A program made the translations under genes and the position numbers. The notes below the pieces were generated by a model that made no database searches, was not told where the DNA came from, and worked only from the letters and a program-made list of their open reading frames with translations. Below are positions 39,444 to 55,996 of a DNA stretch of 64,000 nt, piece by piece; position 1 is the first letter of the stretch, and every line of letters starts with the position of its first letter. The stretch is from Chrysomallon squamiferum. Lineage: Eukaryota > Animalia > Mollusca. The stretch covers positions 14,446,001 to 14,510,000 of the forward strand of contig CM022671.1 of the NCBI GenBank assembly GCA_012295275.1, written 5' to 3'.

Positions 39444-40490
39444 AAGATATGACTATTTAATGTTTTGTAATGATTTTTATGACATTTCTCATAAGCTTAA
39501 TAATTTTAAAGTTTTAATCTCCAGAAACATTTGAAGGTTTAAATATCTTTTAATGTACACAGAAATACAAAACAATGTTAACTCAATTACAAGTCTTTAG
39601 TAGAAGAGTTTTGCTGATTTTTATTTTTGGGACAGTATGAAACATTACACTTCAGACAAGTGAGCTGAGTCTTCAGGCAAGATGTGTCTTTAGAAAGTTA
39701 CCATGTAAATGAAATGTAATAAAATATCTGTGTAATATCTAGACTTACATTCTGGTCACAGAAAGCAAAATACAATGTTAATAAAAGAATAAATGAAAAA
39801 CCACCTTATGTACTAGAAAATATATTTTATGTAACATAATAGTTGTTAATGAGGCCAGAAAGAAAGAAATTAGTGAAATGATGACTGTTTCAACTGATTT
39901 ATTAAAATTTTCTTTTCTTTCACCAAATGAAACAAAAAATCAGTTTAATAATTAATTTGCTATTAGTTTTCTCCATGAAAAGGAATTATATTTTGAATGT
40001 ATATGTGTTTATATACACACTCAAAGTAAATTTGCTTTATTAATTTTTTTTTTTATAATTAATATTACACACAGATAGACAGACATACACTGTATCTCAT
40101 AATCTTTTTACTTAGGGAAATAGATAAAGTTATGATGTTAGTAAAGACTTGCTGGTTGTGGAAATTTCAAGCTATTATGGGTTTTCTTTTTTTAATTTTC
40201 ATATTTCGTATCTAATAAACAAGTAATTAAAAATATAATAAACAATATTTTCTTTCAAAATCATCAAAATTTTATTTCATGATGTTCTGGATTACAAAAT
40301 TATTCTAAAAATCCCTTCAACAAGAAAATGGGAAAATACAACATTATTTTAAAAGCAATAACAGTATAAAAAGGTATTAATTGATGTGAATATGGTAAAG
40401 TCAAGATATACAAAAATAGTCTTCTACATCAAAACCTTAAATACATGATCACATAATCCCTGAGAAACAAAATTATCGGTTTTATTTCTA
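39444..40490 (+). repeat. ~1.05 kb direct repeat, copy A' (partner 16294-17338)
   Basis: Same start and end strings as copy A; near-identical over the first ~450 bp by eye. Confidence 0.9.
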
Positions 40491-41031
40491 GCTCCATTTC
40501 TCTTGCTCTTTATATAAGGTTTATCGTTTGTTGATCTGATACAGTAGTATCTGTCTTTGATACAGTAATTATGTCATACTAAAATCTAATTTAACATTTA
40601 AAACTGTGTCATAAAAGCAACTCTTTACATTTTGTAAAGACACAGAGTCGTAATACATTTTGTATATTTAAGACATAATGAATTAATGAATGAATATTAT
40701 AATGAATCCCAGCTTGAATAATAATCTGCTGTTGGATGTTGACCTATGATAAAGCATCCACTAGGAGGGAAAAGAGCAGTTACCATGTTTTCATCATGGG
40801 CTTATCGTGATCTATTATTTAAAAAAACTTGTAGAAGTATACTGAATATAATTAGTTCTCTATCAATGTACACAGTAAAATTATTCTAAACAGTTATTTC
40901 AATATGTTACCTAATGTATAATAATAAAAGATCAATGTATTATTGTGCGCTTAATATTTTTGTATATGAAAATGTTTTGTAAATATGTCAGAAACTATAT
41001 AACAAAAATACTTGAGCACCATTTTAATTAT

Positions 41032-43150
41032 TTATATGTGAAAAGCTTTATGGTTGAAAGAAACAAGCTGTATATTGTTTTCATGATAAAACTCGAACAT
41101 CTCTTTTGATTGGAGGATTTTCATTTCATGCTCTCGTTCTGAACTCAAGGAAAAATCATCTGGTTTCAAACCACAGCAGCCTCCATCTTCACCAGTGATG
41201 TAGCCAGGGTGAACCATGAGCTCACAGGTTCGAGTTGTTGTTTGCGCCATTTTATCACAGTCAGAAGGTAGGTCAAATGCTTGATACAGTGCTGTCTTTA
41301 AATGGGGAACCGTCATCTTACTCCCCATTGTACTCAAGCCTACAAATCTGTCAGATGTCCTGAAACATTTTTAGAAAAAGGATTCAGTTTAATATAAAAA
41401 GGCATTATAATGATGTCATGGCATACATATTAGTTTTACCACAGTGTGAAACAATGAAATTTTGTTTCCATGGAACAGGTATATTAATAGAATGAATACT
41501 GTTGTATGACAGTATCTGATAATAAATCTACTGCTGCTGTGTCAGTTGTCATTTTTGTATCCAGTTTAGCAGACTGCAACTTAATTTTTAGACGACATAT
41601 TTTAATATTATCATTTTTAACAGGTCATTTATAGACCAAAAAAAATATCAGGATTCATGGTCACTTTTGCATTTAGATTAATTCTTAATGCTAATCTTAT
41701 TCCTCTCTTTTTACAATATATTTTTAAATATATCTTGATCTTATATTGGACCACCAATATTAAGAAAAGTTTTAAATAAATAAATTCAGATTTTTTTCAG
41801 CGTCTCCATTAGTGAATGGACTTGGTTAGAAAACAGCTGAGTCAAGAAATCTTATTCATAACAATTACATTTAGCTTTAAATTCTTTTACCCAATTCCAT
41901 GCACACGAAAGACCTCTTTTGCACATTTTGCTTCTCTATTGACCTTTGCTAGAAAACTGTAATATGGAATATTTGCAGACAGCTGGTCTTCAAATCCAGT
42001 TTCTATTGGAAGTCTAGTTACTCCAACTCCATATTCCTGCAGAACCAAACAAAACACTTCCCTTATTCCTAAAAAAATAAAATAAAATAAAATAAAATAA
42101 AATAAATAAGAAAGGAATAAATTATAAAAATGTATAAAGACATTTTTAAAACAATATTTAATATTCACAGATATTTAGCTTACAGAAACAAATTTGTTTG
42201 TTATTTTGTTGTTTTTTCTCTCACATAAATGACAATAAAACTGCCATAAAAGTGTCAATATTTTTGCAACAGTAAACAATTTACAACAATCAAAAAATTG
42301 AACAGCTGGCAAAATGTGTTACCAATGAAATATTCTGCACAATTTGCTTATTTTATTTTTAATATTATTCATATAATATATTGAAATTTTATTTTATTAT
42401 TATTTCTTTTTTTTTAGCAATTCAGAAGTATAACTATTGATGGGTAATTACATAAAGAAATGTTATTCATTTTAGGCATTTCTTTCAACATTTTCTATGG
42501 AGATACTAACCTGATAAAACATTAATGTGATGATGACCGTCAATGTGCTGAGGTGTCTTTCCTGTGAGTTTTATAAATAACTCAATTTGAGCCCTCATCT
42601 CTCTTCTAGCCTGATTAATAACAATAACAATAACAGCGTCATTAATAATAGGAATATTAATGAAGATGATGATAATGAAATCATACTGGGATTAATGTAG
42701 ATTATGAGAGTGTATAATAAAAAATACTAAATGCATATGTACTGAATGTGAAAGACTATTTACAGTGTCCAAATTAACAAACAAAAACAGGAACAAAAAC
42801 AAAAACAATATTTCTTTACATTTTTAATTGAAAATATTTTTGATATTAATTGCCCTGAAAAAACAACAAAAAAACTCATTATTCATTAAAGCATTATTAC
42901 TTTTAACATTTTATTTTATTTACTACAGTAAAGCATGCACACCTCTTCCAGGTTAATATGGCCTTGAGACATTCTTTTCCAAAAGTCATTCTTGTACAAA
43001 AAATAGCCATCTTTATTAAGAAGTGATTTCACATCTTTAGGTTCACTTACTGGTTGACCTTCTGTTAAGTTCATATGCAGTCCTGAAATTTTGTCAAACA
43101 AATTTTATGCGATTATTTATTGCTGTACTCGAATACAATTTATATAACAT

Positions 43151-43199
<49 letters not shown>

Positions 43200-43915
43200 T
43201 TCCTCAGTTTTACAGCAAATTAACAGTACAATCATTACCTTCCTCCTTAAGATAATGAATGAATTAATTAATAAAATAAAGACTAGCAGAATTACTGGTA
43301 ATATCCAGATTATCTGCAGAGCATTTATTTATTTTTTTTTTTTTTTTTTTTTTTTTTTGTTTGATACGGAATGTGCAGCAGAAAATCAAGAGGCTTTCTC
43401 TTGTTTATTTTAAATTTAATAGTTCTTGAAAAAGAGCATTTAAAATCATTCAAGACTAGTTTCCTTTATATTTATTTCTTATTATTCTAATATTTAAGTA
43501 TATATTTATATAAATATATATAAGTAAAGAATAATATACTGCATTTGTTATAGAGAAAACTCAGAACTAATCAACCTTTTTATTTTTTATTTTTTTTAGT
43601 TATATACATATGCATTTTATATATAAATAACAGAAATATCACTGAATAAGACAATAAATCTTAAGACTGAGAAAGGAAAATATATTAAAACTGAAAGTAA
43701 TTTATATATTATAGGTTAGTATCTTTTCAATTCCTACCCATCGGTATATTATTTTCCTTTGCTTTGGCAACTGCGTGAACTGTGTGACGTGCATTGATCA
43801 TAAGTGAAATGCTCGAAACGGCTCCTTTCAGAAAACATTCCACAATACCGATATTTCTCTCTTTTCCGTAACCAAAATCATCTGCATTTATGACAAGTAA
43901 TTTCTCTGAAATCAT
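41032..43915 (-). CDS. YDJC: Carbohydrate deacetylase YDJC (YdjC/ChbG family)
   Basis: Five phase-consistent minus-strand exons: 43915-43738, 43082-42943, 42610-42511, 42068-41891, 41359-41032. Motifs LVINADDFG, GLHMNLTEGQP, PQHIDGHHH, ELMVHPGY, DDFSLSSEREHEM. Confidence 0.93.
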
Positions 43916-44481
43916 TTTACAAAATAAAATAAAATAAATATCATATGTATGATATGATCATGTAAAAAGCAGCTCGATTTTAAATATCTTTCACTTCTTT
44001 CTTAGAAACAACACACAAAATCTGTGTCAACAAATAAAGTACACGCCTTAAAATTACATTTTTATTTTTATTTACTTTTTAATTTTTTTTTTTTACATCA
44101 TTATTTTATTTTTTTTAATCTTTGGACAGTGCAATCAAAAGAAGAGTTCGTGAACCCATCTTCTTCCATGTTTGTCATGTTTTTCCTCCTTCTGGTCGAA
44201 GCACTCGTTAATTTATTTCACAAGATATAGCAATTATAAAACATTCATTTGGTCTAACAACAAAAAACAGAAGAATGTAAATGTATTTTAATATTTCGTT
44301 ATCAATAATTTTTATTAACCTAAGAAAGAACCCCAAAATTAATTACATATATGCAACAAATTATAATGCACGTAACCATTCTACCGGGAGAAGGTCAAAT
44401 CTGATCGAGACTATAACTAATACAGAATATTGTTACGCGTTTTCATTTATGTACTAATATCAGTTGATTTTGAAATCGAAA
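43916..44481. promoter_or_regulatory. Probable shared bidirectional promoter and 5' UTRs of YDJC and BCAS2
   Basis: Divergent ATGs only 566 bp apart, with local CpG retention. Confidence 0.6.
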
Positions 44482-46287
<1,806 letters not shown>

Positions 46288-47531
46288 TGACAGTGAATTT
46301 AGATCTCTCTTACATGAAATATCTTGAACTTCAGCAGGTGATGTTTGAAATGCAGTTCTTTTAAAATTATTACAATGATTGTTTCTTTTACTAAACGTTT
46401 CAGTGCATTCCATGCTTATCAAGAAGCTGGATGTAAGTGAAAGATACGTCCTAAAAAAACCCAATGAAGATCCAAGTCGGTGACTAATGGTTGTCCAACA
46501 ACACACAAACAATAAAGCTGCTGTTGTAGATGCAGAGTATCACTACTGTCATTTTTATCATTCTCATTTCTTTGTGTTTATTTTTGATGATTAAAATATA
46601 TATTTGTTTTGTGTTTCGTGGATTAAGTTTTTTTGATGTTGACTTTTAAATAGTAATAATTATGTTACTATTACATTGTGAATAAAAAGTTGTAAATGGC
46701 TATCATGCCAAAACTTTTTATTTTATTTTATTTTATTTTATTATTCTTTTGATGAGTCAATGCCAAAGCCTAATTCATACCTTTCAAATGAATCTAAACT
46801 CTTTTTTCATTGAATCTGTCTTCAAACAGATTATTTATGAGTTGTTAAATATTATTTATAGTTTTATGCAAACAATAATAATATTTTGATATTAGCCTTT
46901 GACGTTTATAAAGCATTTAATTATACCACATATTAAAATATATTAGAATAAATAAATATCTCCAATGTAGTAAAGATTCTAAAATTTTTTTTATAATAAA
47001 CCTGATCTAAATATTTCTGTAGACTAGAGTTAGGAATATGATTAGCAAGATATATTTGTATGCTTATTGGAACTTAATATTCCACATATTTAATTCAAAT
47101 AATAGAAATAATAGTTTAATGCATTTTATAGGTCTATTATATTTCTTTTCTTTTTTTTTTTTTTTTTTTTCTTTATGGTAATTAGAACTTGTGTATGTTG
47201 TGGAAGGTGTCAAGACATTTCACAATTTTACATGGGCATTCAGCTGATGGTGAAAGCAACCAGTGATAAAATTACATTTACTGATAATGTAGACAAACTG
47301 AAACTTGACATTATAATTTAAGAAAACGTTATTTTTTTAAATTATTTATAAACAACATTGATGTGACATAACATGCCTTTTGAAACTAAGCTATTTGAAA
47401 GAAAAAAACAAAACCTACCCTACCTGAGAATACACTGCTGCGAAAAAGATTACTTGGTGTTGAACACTAAAACTTAAACTTATACTTCTATTTAGATCAA
47501 CACCATCCTGGAAATTGTCTTACTTGTAATC

Positions 47532-47592
<61 letters not shown>

Positions 47593-48445
47593 GAACGTCT
47601 AGTCACTACATCGAAATCTTAATAAAATCGTTTTGTCCTTGATTTTATAAAGCAATGTCATATTCTGTAACATTTCTTTATCTCTCTTACCAAAATGTAC
47701 TCAGAAATACTTCGCTTCAGGTATTTATATTCGTAATTAAACAAACGAGCTGTGATCAACAGATAATTTACCACAAGTGTTATGTTTTATTAATCAAACT
47801 GGTGGATGATAAGAAACACATTTTCACATTCTCGGCGGAGCTAATCATAACGAGACAAGACAAGTCAGTCATAACGTTTGAAATGATTGCCTTTGCGACA
47901 GACTACTGCAATATTAAATAAATGATGACTATACTATATAAGTTAATTATAGATCGCTTGTTTCGTGAAATGTTAAAAATATTTACACCGATTTCTTTTT
48001 GTTAGAAAGCCAGTTACACCGCTAAAAGACAAAGGTAGTTAAAATAAATAAATTAATTAATTAAAAATAATAATAAAAATAAATTTAAAGAATTGAGAGA
48101 GACAAAAGAAAGGTAATGAGTATATTCTTTGTATTACTGTTTTTGAATTTTCAACATAAATGAAATGTATGGTCAAATTTCTAACAAATGAACAAAGGCA
48201 ACATAGACAGTTCAAGTACTGGAAATTACTTTCGTACAAGGTGTTCATCTTGGTAAATTTTTTCTTATGACGTCAAAACTGAACTGACGTCAAGGAAACC
48301 ATTACAATGGAGTTAACGAAATGTTGGCATGGTAGAAATGGCAGTAAATGATGAAAAAAATACTTTTGTGTTCCAACATTACAAGGAGCCAAGCAAATAT
48401 ATTGAGCAGTACAGGTATTACCACACAGTGGGTGATGTCTGTCAA

Positions 48446-49784
48446 ATGACAATGGGCGATCCGAAACTTCTTGGCATCGAATTACCATCTAGGTAAGTTT
48501 AGATAAGTGGAAGAAAAAACACAAAAACAAAAACCAACAAAAAACCCCAGCAACAACACTGGAATAATAATAATAATAATAAAATCAACTTAATTTTTAA
48601 TTTATACATGACATATACAGAGATTTTATTACTTATATTATTCACTTTTGTATATATATATATAAACACACACAAACACACACACACACACATATATTAT
48701 TATTAGGCGTATAGACATATACGTATAACAGAACAACGTAAACACACGCACGCACACACACAAAGACAAGAAAAACTAATATCTAGAAAGTAACAAGATA
48801 AAAATGTTCATCTACAGGCGCCAAGAAGGTGACATTTCAAATGATTCATCGTTGCCCCGTGATGCACTCGCCATCAGAGGTATTTCAAAAATGGAATGCT
48901 CTTATACAAAATCAGATGTTTGCCATAAACGTACAGAATATCTACCAAAGGTCCAAAGACCGGCCACGTGTTATGATAACCGCCAAATCTCAAAAAAAGA
49001 TCGCAAATATTTGTCAGTAGGCAAAAAGTTCGCAACAACATCTCAACAACTTAGCAAAGATTCTTCCACAGATACTAAAATTTTACCAAGTGTCCAGACA
49101 TATCTAGCCAACAGCAATTTCAATCAGTGTTCGAATTCTTCAGCAACTCAAAGTTCGGAAGATATCCACAAACGTCCTCAAAATGAACAAAAAGACGCAC
49201 ACAACAAAGGTCTGCCCAAAGTCAGAAAATTTACGCGGAAGGTGTCTTGTGTGGAAACGAAACGCTCCTCGAGTTTTTCAAAAACTGGAACGAGTGGAAA
49301 TTTAGAGCTGAATAAAAAGATCCTCGAAAGGGAAGGCGTCTGCAAAGAATGCTGTGGAAATACCACATGCAAGGCTAAGATTCCCAAGTCCTTAACCACA
49401 CCGGATATCCACACAGAAACCAAGAAACCAAAAGAAAAGGATTCCACGAAGACAGAAGATAGTCAAAAACCAAAAGTTGAGAGCAGCTCTCTTCCAAAAC
49501 TGACATTTCCTTCACCGAATACAACTCAGACATTAAATACTGGGGCAAAAAGTTTCACTTCGTCTGTCGATTTTATGAAAGAACGCGGTTCGAATAGCAA
49601 ACATACTCCAAAAATTCGAAGCACAGTAGTAACTCGCAGAATGTCCGGCACTTTGGGCAAATGTCCGCCACCAGTCCAGTGTTCCGGGGCCGTACTAAAC
49701 ACCCGCCAGGAGGTCATCCCCAAATCCTCTTCTTTCTCAAGAATTCAGTTGAACTTAGTGAAAAAAGAAACGCTTACGAAGTGA
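48446..49784 (+). CDS. Uncharacterised Lys/Ser/Thr-rich protein (probably two coding exons)
   Basis: Short exon 48446-48492 (MTMGDPKLLGIELPS, donor AG|GTAAGT, phase 2) joins in frame to the acceptor ctacag|48818 of the 326-codon ORF. No recognisable domain. Confidence 0.6.
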
Positions 49785-50553
49785 GAAAATTTATAGATCA
49801 TAATTATGTACATAACATCGTGGTAATGATACACATTATTATTACAAACATGCGCCCACTCACGACGTACGTGTATTTGCTTTGTTTGTATGCTAATAGT
49901 TATGCATTTATCTTTACACATAGATGGTTCTCTACATAGATGGTAACTGATACTTTGTTACTGTTAAAAGTTATTCAGAGGGGTAGCAACAAACTTGTTA
50001 AACATCGTAACCAAAAATAAACCGAAATACAAAACTGTAGAAATCAGTTTCAACATTATGAATAGCTGGTACTGGACATTTTTATTATGTCATCTACCAC
50101 TCAGGAAAGATAGGTAAAACAAAATACAAAACATTATCATTCTCAGTATTATCTAAACAGGTAAACATTGGAACATTTGTTTTTTTTTAAGACAGAATGA
50201 ACCTTACACACGCAGACTGATCACGAAAGAGTTAGTTTATTAAATTCATCCTGAGTTTCTATATCAGTAATTATAAAAATCCTACACTACGAAGAGTTTC
50301 ACTACGTAACGAGATATATTCACTGAGACTAGTTTCAGAAACACACACGCACACAAAGATGTATCGCATTTTTAAATAAAAGTACATTTCATAATGTCAG
50401 TAAATGTGGCTTATGTCGTACTACACATTTCCGGTATTTTAGATGCGGTAATTTTGTTTTTTATTATTATTATTTTTTTAATAATTTTAGCCTTTATTGG
50501 TTAGTGTGATGATACTCTTCATATGATTATTGTCATGCTTTTTGCAAGTCTAG

Positions 50554-50594
<41 letters not shown>

Positions 50595-50679
50595 GAAAAA
50601 CAACGAAAAAAATCTGTGTTCAGTTTTCAAAGATCTGTTAAATATAATAAAATGGTTTTGTTTCGTTTCTACCTTTCAG

Positions 50680-51355
50680 ACATTCCAGCCAGCTGGTTTT
50701 GGCACAGCGGCGAAATGTTACTCGCGAGAAAAATAAATCAAACAATCGTAAATCGATCAGGTGTGATTCTTTCAAAAAGAAACCATCGAAAAAATTATTT
50801 CTCTCTTGGAAGGAATACGTTCACATTTATCCCAACAACGTCGTCGTTTCCTTGAAAGATTCTTCCGGTTACGACAAAAACTGCACGACGGCAAAGCATA
50901 ATTCAGAAAACCGCAGTTGCAAAGATCCTCCTCCCCCAGTTCAAGCAGCGTCAGGTAAAGACTCCAACTCGAAAATGTCTAACGTGAACAACTGCAGAAT
51001 CGTAGCATCCAGATCAGAGGGAAAGAAATCAGCGCACAAGTTCGGCGAAAACGTGGATTCCTGCAAGAAAATTGCGAAAAAAGACGTGATAAATCGCGAA
51101 CAGCTGTCATGTCAGGAAGTAGCGTCGAAAGCTTCGGAAATCTCGAAAAAAGAGAATTTAGGAAAATATTATAATCACATATTAACCAAGCTTGCAAACG
51201 TGAACTCGGAGCCTAGCAAACAGAAATTGCGATTTTTAGAAAACGAAAACAAAAATAAAGAAAGGCGCCAGAACAAGGTTAATAGCTGTAAAAATAGTGA
51301 GCGGAAAACGTTGACCATAGTGTACAAAATGTCCAAAGATAAAAAGAATTACTGA
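50680..51355 (+). CDS. Uncharacterised basic (Lys/Asn/Ser-rich) protein, terminal exon
   Basis: Good acceptor (tttcgtttctacctttcag|50680), 225-codon open frame, AATAAA about 20 bp after the stop. Upstream exon not identified. Confidence 0.5.
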
Positions 51356-53382
51356 TTGTCATGTTAGATTACAGCAATAAAGTCATTATATATAAACAGT
51401 GCTTTTAGTTTGTAGTCATGTGGACGGTTTCAGGCTAGCACACTCGTACAGTACAAAGAACCTTTTATCTGGACACACCAGCAATTTTATATAGTAATGC
51501 ACTGCAATTATTACTGGCAAAATAATCAAAATTGAATTAAAAAATAATTATTACATCATGCTTGCACATAATAAATAAGGGAGTGCTGAGTTAAATAAGT
51601 AAAGGTCAAAAGTTTTACCTGTTAAATGTTCATAGTCAGTTTTGTTGAATCCTAATTTATAATGTAGGTTTTGGTTGATATGTGAATAAATTCTTATTTA
51701 TAACATTAGTTTTTGACTTCAACACAAACTGTGATTTCGAATTTAGAATAAATGTTTATTGTATATAAAGCAGATGTCGAGTTCGATATCTGAATGATTG
51801 TTATTGACATCTCTGGCGATGTGAATGAGGATGGCGGAAAGGCTTAATCAGTGAATATTTGTTTAACGACAGGTAACTATATTTAACACGACAGCTATCA
51901 TATGATTAGCTTTTTGATGAACCCATTGTCCCAGTCCGTTGTTTTATATAACTATGTTCTTTTCACCAGATCAGCATATATAATGACATTATGTATGGTC
52001 TAAGAAAGGTGAGGATAAGGGTATCAATATATTTTCCATTTAATTCGATATTTCCACGTTCAGAACAATTCGAATGTGTCTTAGTATGTGTATTTTGTTC
52101 CCTCTCTCTTTGTGTGTGTGTGTGTGTGTGTGTGTTTACGGTATAAATGACTAAACTTGTTTTTTGTTTTGTTTTTTGTTTTTGTTTTTTGTTAGTTGTT
52201 AGTCTTCTTTTTTTTTTTTTTTTTTTTTTTTTTTTCTATTTCTTTATTTCTTTATTTGTTTATTATTGTTTTCTTTCTTTTTTTCTTTGATTTTTTCCCG
52301 ATATCTAAATAAGGGTCTTTTGTGGCTTCTGTTGTAAAGCATTTTTATTATTATTGTAATAATAGTAATAATGATTTTTGTGTAACATAGCATGCAAACA
52401 AATAGATGTCCCCGCAGTAAATGAAATGAAAACAATGATTAAAAATAGAAACAGCGACACCAATAATTAAAACGAAAAAAAAAAAAAAAAAAAAGAATGT
52501 ACGCCTACGTCAGACCATGACGTCATCTTTCAGTAAGTAGATAAAAATAATATTATTTTTAAATGGCTACATATTTCTTTTTAGATTTCTCGCACATACG
52601 GGCATACATACACACATACCAACAAACAACACAACGCGCACACAATCACGAACAAGCAATCTCAGGCACTATCAATTCCCATGTTTCGAATATAAAAGAA
52701 ACTAGTATTGTTTATTTAGATGTGTACGCCAAGAAAATTTTATGGAGAGACCATGATAAATAATTAATGTTTATTTCCATCTAATGAATACAAAATAACA
52801 TTTCCTCGTTGCTTCACTGCCTCTGTCCAATTAACGACAAAAAGATGAAACACGTTTAACGTGTACTACACGTCGGGGCATGCTGACGTTCATTGTGTTT
52901 GGTGATTCGAGTATAGCAGTTTTATTTGTGCGAACGTCGCTGTTTACTCACAAACCAATTCAGTCCTAAAGACTAGTTTGCCTGGAAATAATTACGTGAA
53001 AGACCACAAAAAAAAAATATACAAATGTTTTATCACTTATTTCATGTCTTGGGGCCGTGTCCTAACTAACACACGCTGGAGTGTTCATCGCTGAATTCAC
53101 GTGCTGATGGAGGTTAGTGTACAATATTGGTTAAAATGATTAGATCTGTGTGGCAGTTTGTAACTGTTGTTTTGTTATTTATTTATTTATTTATTTTTAT
53201 TTAAAGTATGTTTGTTTTGTGGGGTTTTTTTGTGTGTTTTTATTTTTTAGATAATTATAAATGAAATATAGCCATCTAAATCCAGTAAACTAATAAATAA
53301 ATAAATAAATATTTAAAACTGTATATCAAATAATGAGTCATGAACTTGAACAGATCTTCCTGCAAAATATCAAATACTATTG

Positions 53383-53443
<61 letters not shown>

Positions 53444-54387
53444 CAACAACAAAACTAACAAAATAAATAATACAAAATAAATAGTAACATCTAACTCAGT
53501 TCACAAATAACAATGATATTTATTTATTTATTTATTTAACACAATAAGGGTGGCATGTAATGCTGGTACTCACTGAATTAGATGATCTCGTTAGGCTGTT
53601 TTACTTTTAGTTTAGCGGTTGATTTATGAAAGCCCATAGCGTGTGATTTTCTGTTTGATTCTAACGTGAGAATTAATTAACTGCTGATTAATCAGTGATT
53701 CCTTTAGATAGCCAGGATTGGATTTCCATAGTAATACTATGACGACGTAAAAAAAACAAAGTAGGTATTTAAAATCTTTTTTCTTTTTCTTTTCTTTCTT
53801 TCTCTTTCTTTTTTTCCTTTTATTTATTTATTTATTTATTTTTAAAGAAAGAATAGAAATAAATGTATTAAAGGTGCATTAAAAAAAAAAAAAAAAATTA
53901 TATATTAATAATGATCCATTCAAGATTAAGCATGTTTCAAATCAACGGATCAGTTTTCTCAGCTGATATCAACTGACAACAAACGTATCTGTCACATTTC
54001 CCGCAAACCCTGCGACTGTTCAGGTTGATCACTAACAACGGTTACATGAGACGACGTGAGATTAAACAGAGCTTGATAAAACGACTGTAAATGCCAAGTT
54101 TATTCTTTGTAACCGTTATAACAAAGCTTTATCCTTGTACCGAAACCCTCTGACCGGGTTTGACTGTTAACGGGTAGTTTGTAACAGTCTCCTCTGACTG
54201 AAGCGAAGCGTATAATTGAAAGTGTTAGGTGTTCGGGTGATTTCACAGTACGCGTGTTCTGAACGCTCGGAGTCGACAGTTTTACACACATAAAACCTGA
54301 GTGTTATTGAATTGTAGCACGACGTTCATGAAAGACAAGTTTATTCAGTAAGGATGATTAAAACATATTATTTATTTATTTATTTAC

Positions 54388-54443
<56 letters not shown>

Positions 54444-54926
54444 TTATTTTCTGTGCTAGATTGTCTGAATCATAAACTTGTTATATCGAAGAGAGGTTAT
54501 GAAATAGTAGTATTGTACCCAGTAATTAACGATAAAAACATAACAACACTGACCAATACATGAAAATGACGTCAATAAATCAGACGTTTAGAATAGACTG
54601 AGGACTTGTTTGTCATTCTTTCTGTCACGATTCCAACTCTACGGTTTTAAAAACTAATAATACACAACAAATACATCTGTAATGAAACGCAGGTCTTCTT
54701 TGTGAAATTTTAAATCGATGAATCAATCACCGCTTGTTAGTTTCCGCTGTCTGTTTGTTCACACCACGCGGAGCAATGGACGTTTTAATCGTTCAGCAGT
54801 TCGTTGTGTTTATTCCGCATGCGGTTACTGTGTAAACCCGTTCTTATAAATCGTTAAACATGTATACAATAGTTCAGTACATAAACTATAGACACCAAAA
54901 TTAATTTCCGTTACTATAATGTAAAT

Positions 54927-54930
<4 letters not shown>

Positions 54931-55021
<91 letters not shown>

Positions 55022-55031
55022 TATATATATA
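54931..55031. repeat. (AG)n microsatellite
   Basis: Directly visible. Similar runs at 58419-58556 (AG), 58681-58740 (CT/TA), 57603-57690 (ATCT), 47543-47590 (CA), and (AAT)n at 27-110, 43152-43197 and 53383-53440. Confidence 0.95.
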
Positions 55032-55245
55032 TGTATTAATGAAAATAAAAACATGAATTATTAAGTGTTTGTTCGGTTGATTAAATTATGATAAAAATAC
55101 ACTGCACTGGTTGTTAAAGTGCAGCCTACATTTCAAAGCACAGTTAACAGTGTGGTTAATAATGGCGTGTGTGTTAGAGAAGTTGTGTTACCTGCGAACA
55201 ACGCACTGAATGTAATGGATGTTGAATTATAAAGAGTATGTCGTA

Positions 55246-55996
55246 GCTCTAGTTTGGTGTGTTTAATACTACATTACTGCTCTAGTTTGGTCTGTTTAAT
55301 ACTACATTACTGCTCTAGTTTGGTGTGTTTAATACTACATTACTGCTCTAGTTTGGTGTGTTTAATAGTACATTACTGCTCTAGTTTGGTCTGTTCAATT
55401 CTAGATTACTGCTCGAGTTTGGTCTGTTCAATACTACATTACTGCTCTAGTTTGGTCTGTTCAATACTACATTACTGCTCTAGTTTGGTTTGTTTAATAC
55501 TACATTACTGCTCGAGTTTGGTCTGTTTAACACTACATTACTGCTCTAGTTTGGTCTGTTTAATACTACATTACTGCTCTAGTTTGGTCTGTTTAATACT
55601 ACATTACTGCTCTAGTTTGGTCTGTTCAATACTACATTACTGCTCTAGTTTGGTTTGTTTAATACTACATTACTGCTCGAGTTTGGTTTGTTCAATACTA
55701 CATTACTGCTCTAGTTTGGTCTGTTTAATATTACATTACTGCTCTAGTTTGGTCTGTTCAATACTACATTACTGCTCTAGTTTGGTCTGTTCAATACTAC
55801 ATTACTGCTCTAGTTTGGTTTGTTTAATATTACATTACTGCTCTAGTTTGGTCTGTTCAATACTACATTACTGCTCTAGTTTGGTCTGTTTAATACTACA
55901 TTACTGCTCTGGTTTGGTGTGTTTAATACTACATTACTGCTCTGGTTTGGTGTGTTTAATACTACATTACTGCTCTGGTTTGGTGTGTTTAATATG
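55246..55996. repeat. 33-bp minisatellite, about 22-23 copies
   Basis: Unit ctctagtttggtctgtttaatactacattactg, head-to-tail with point variants and no spacers. Confidence 0.96.
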
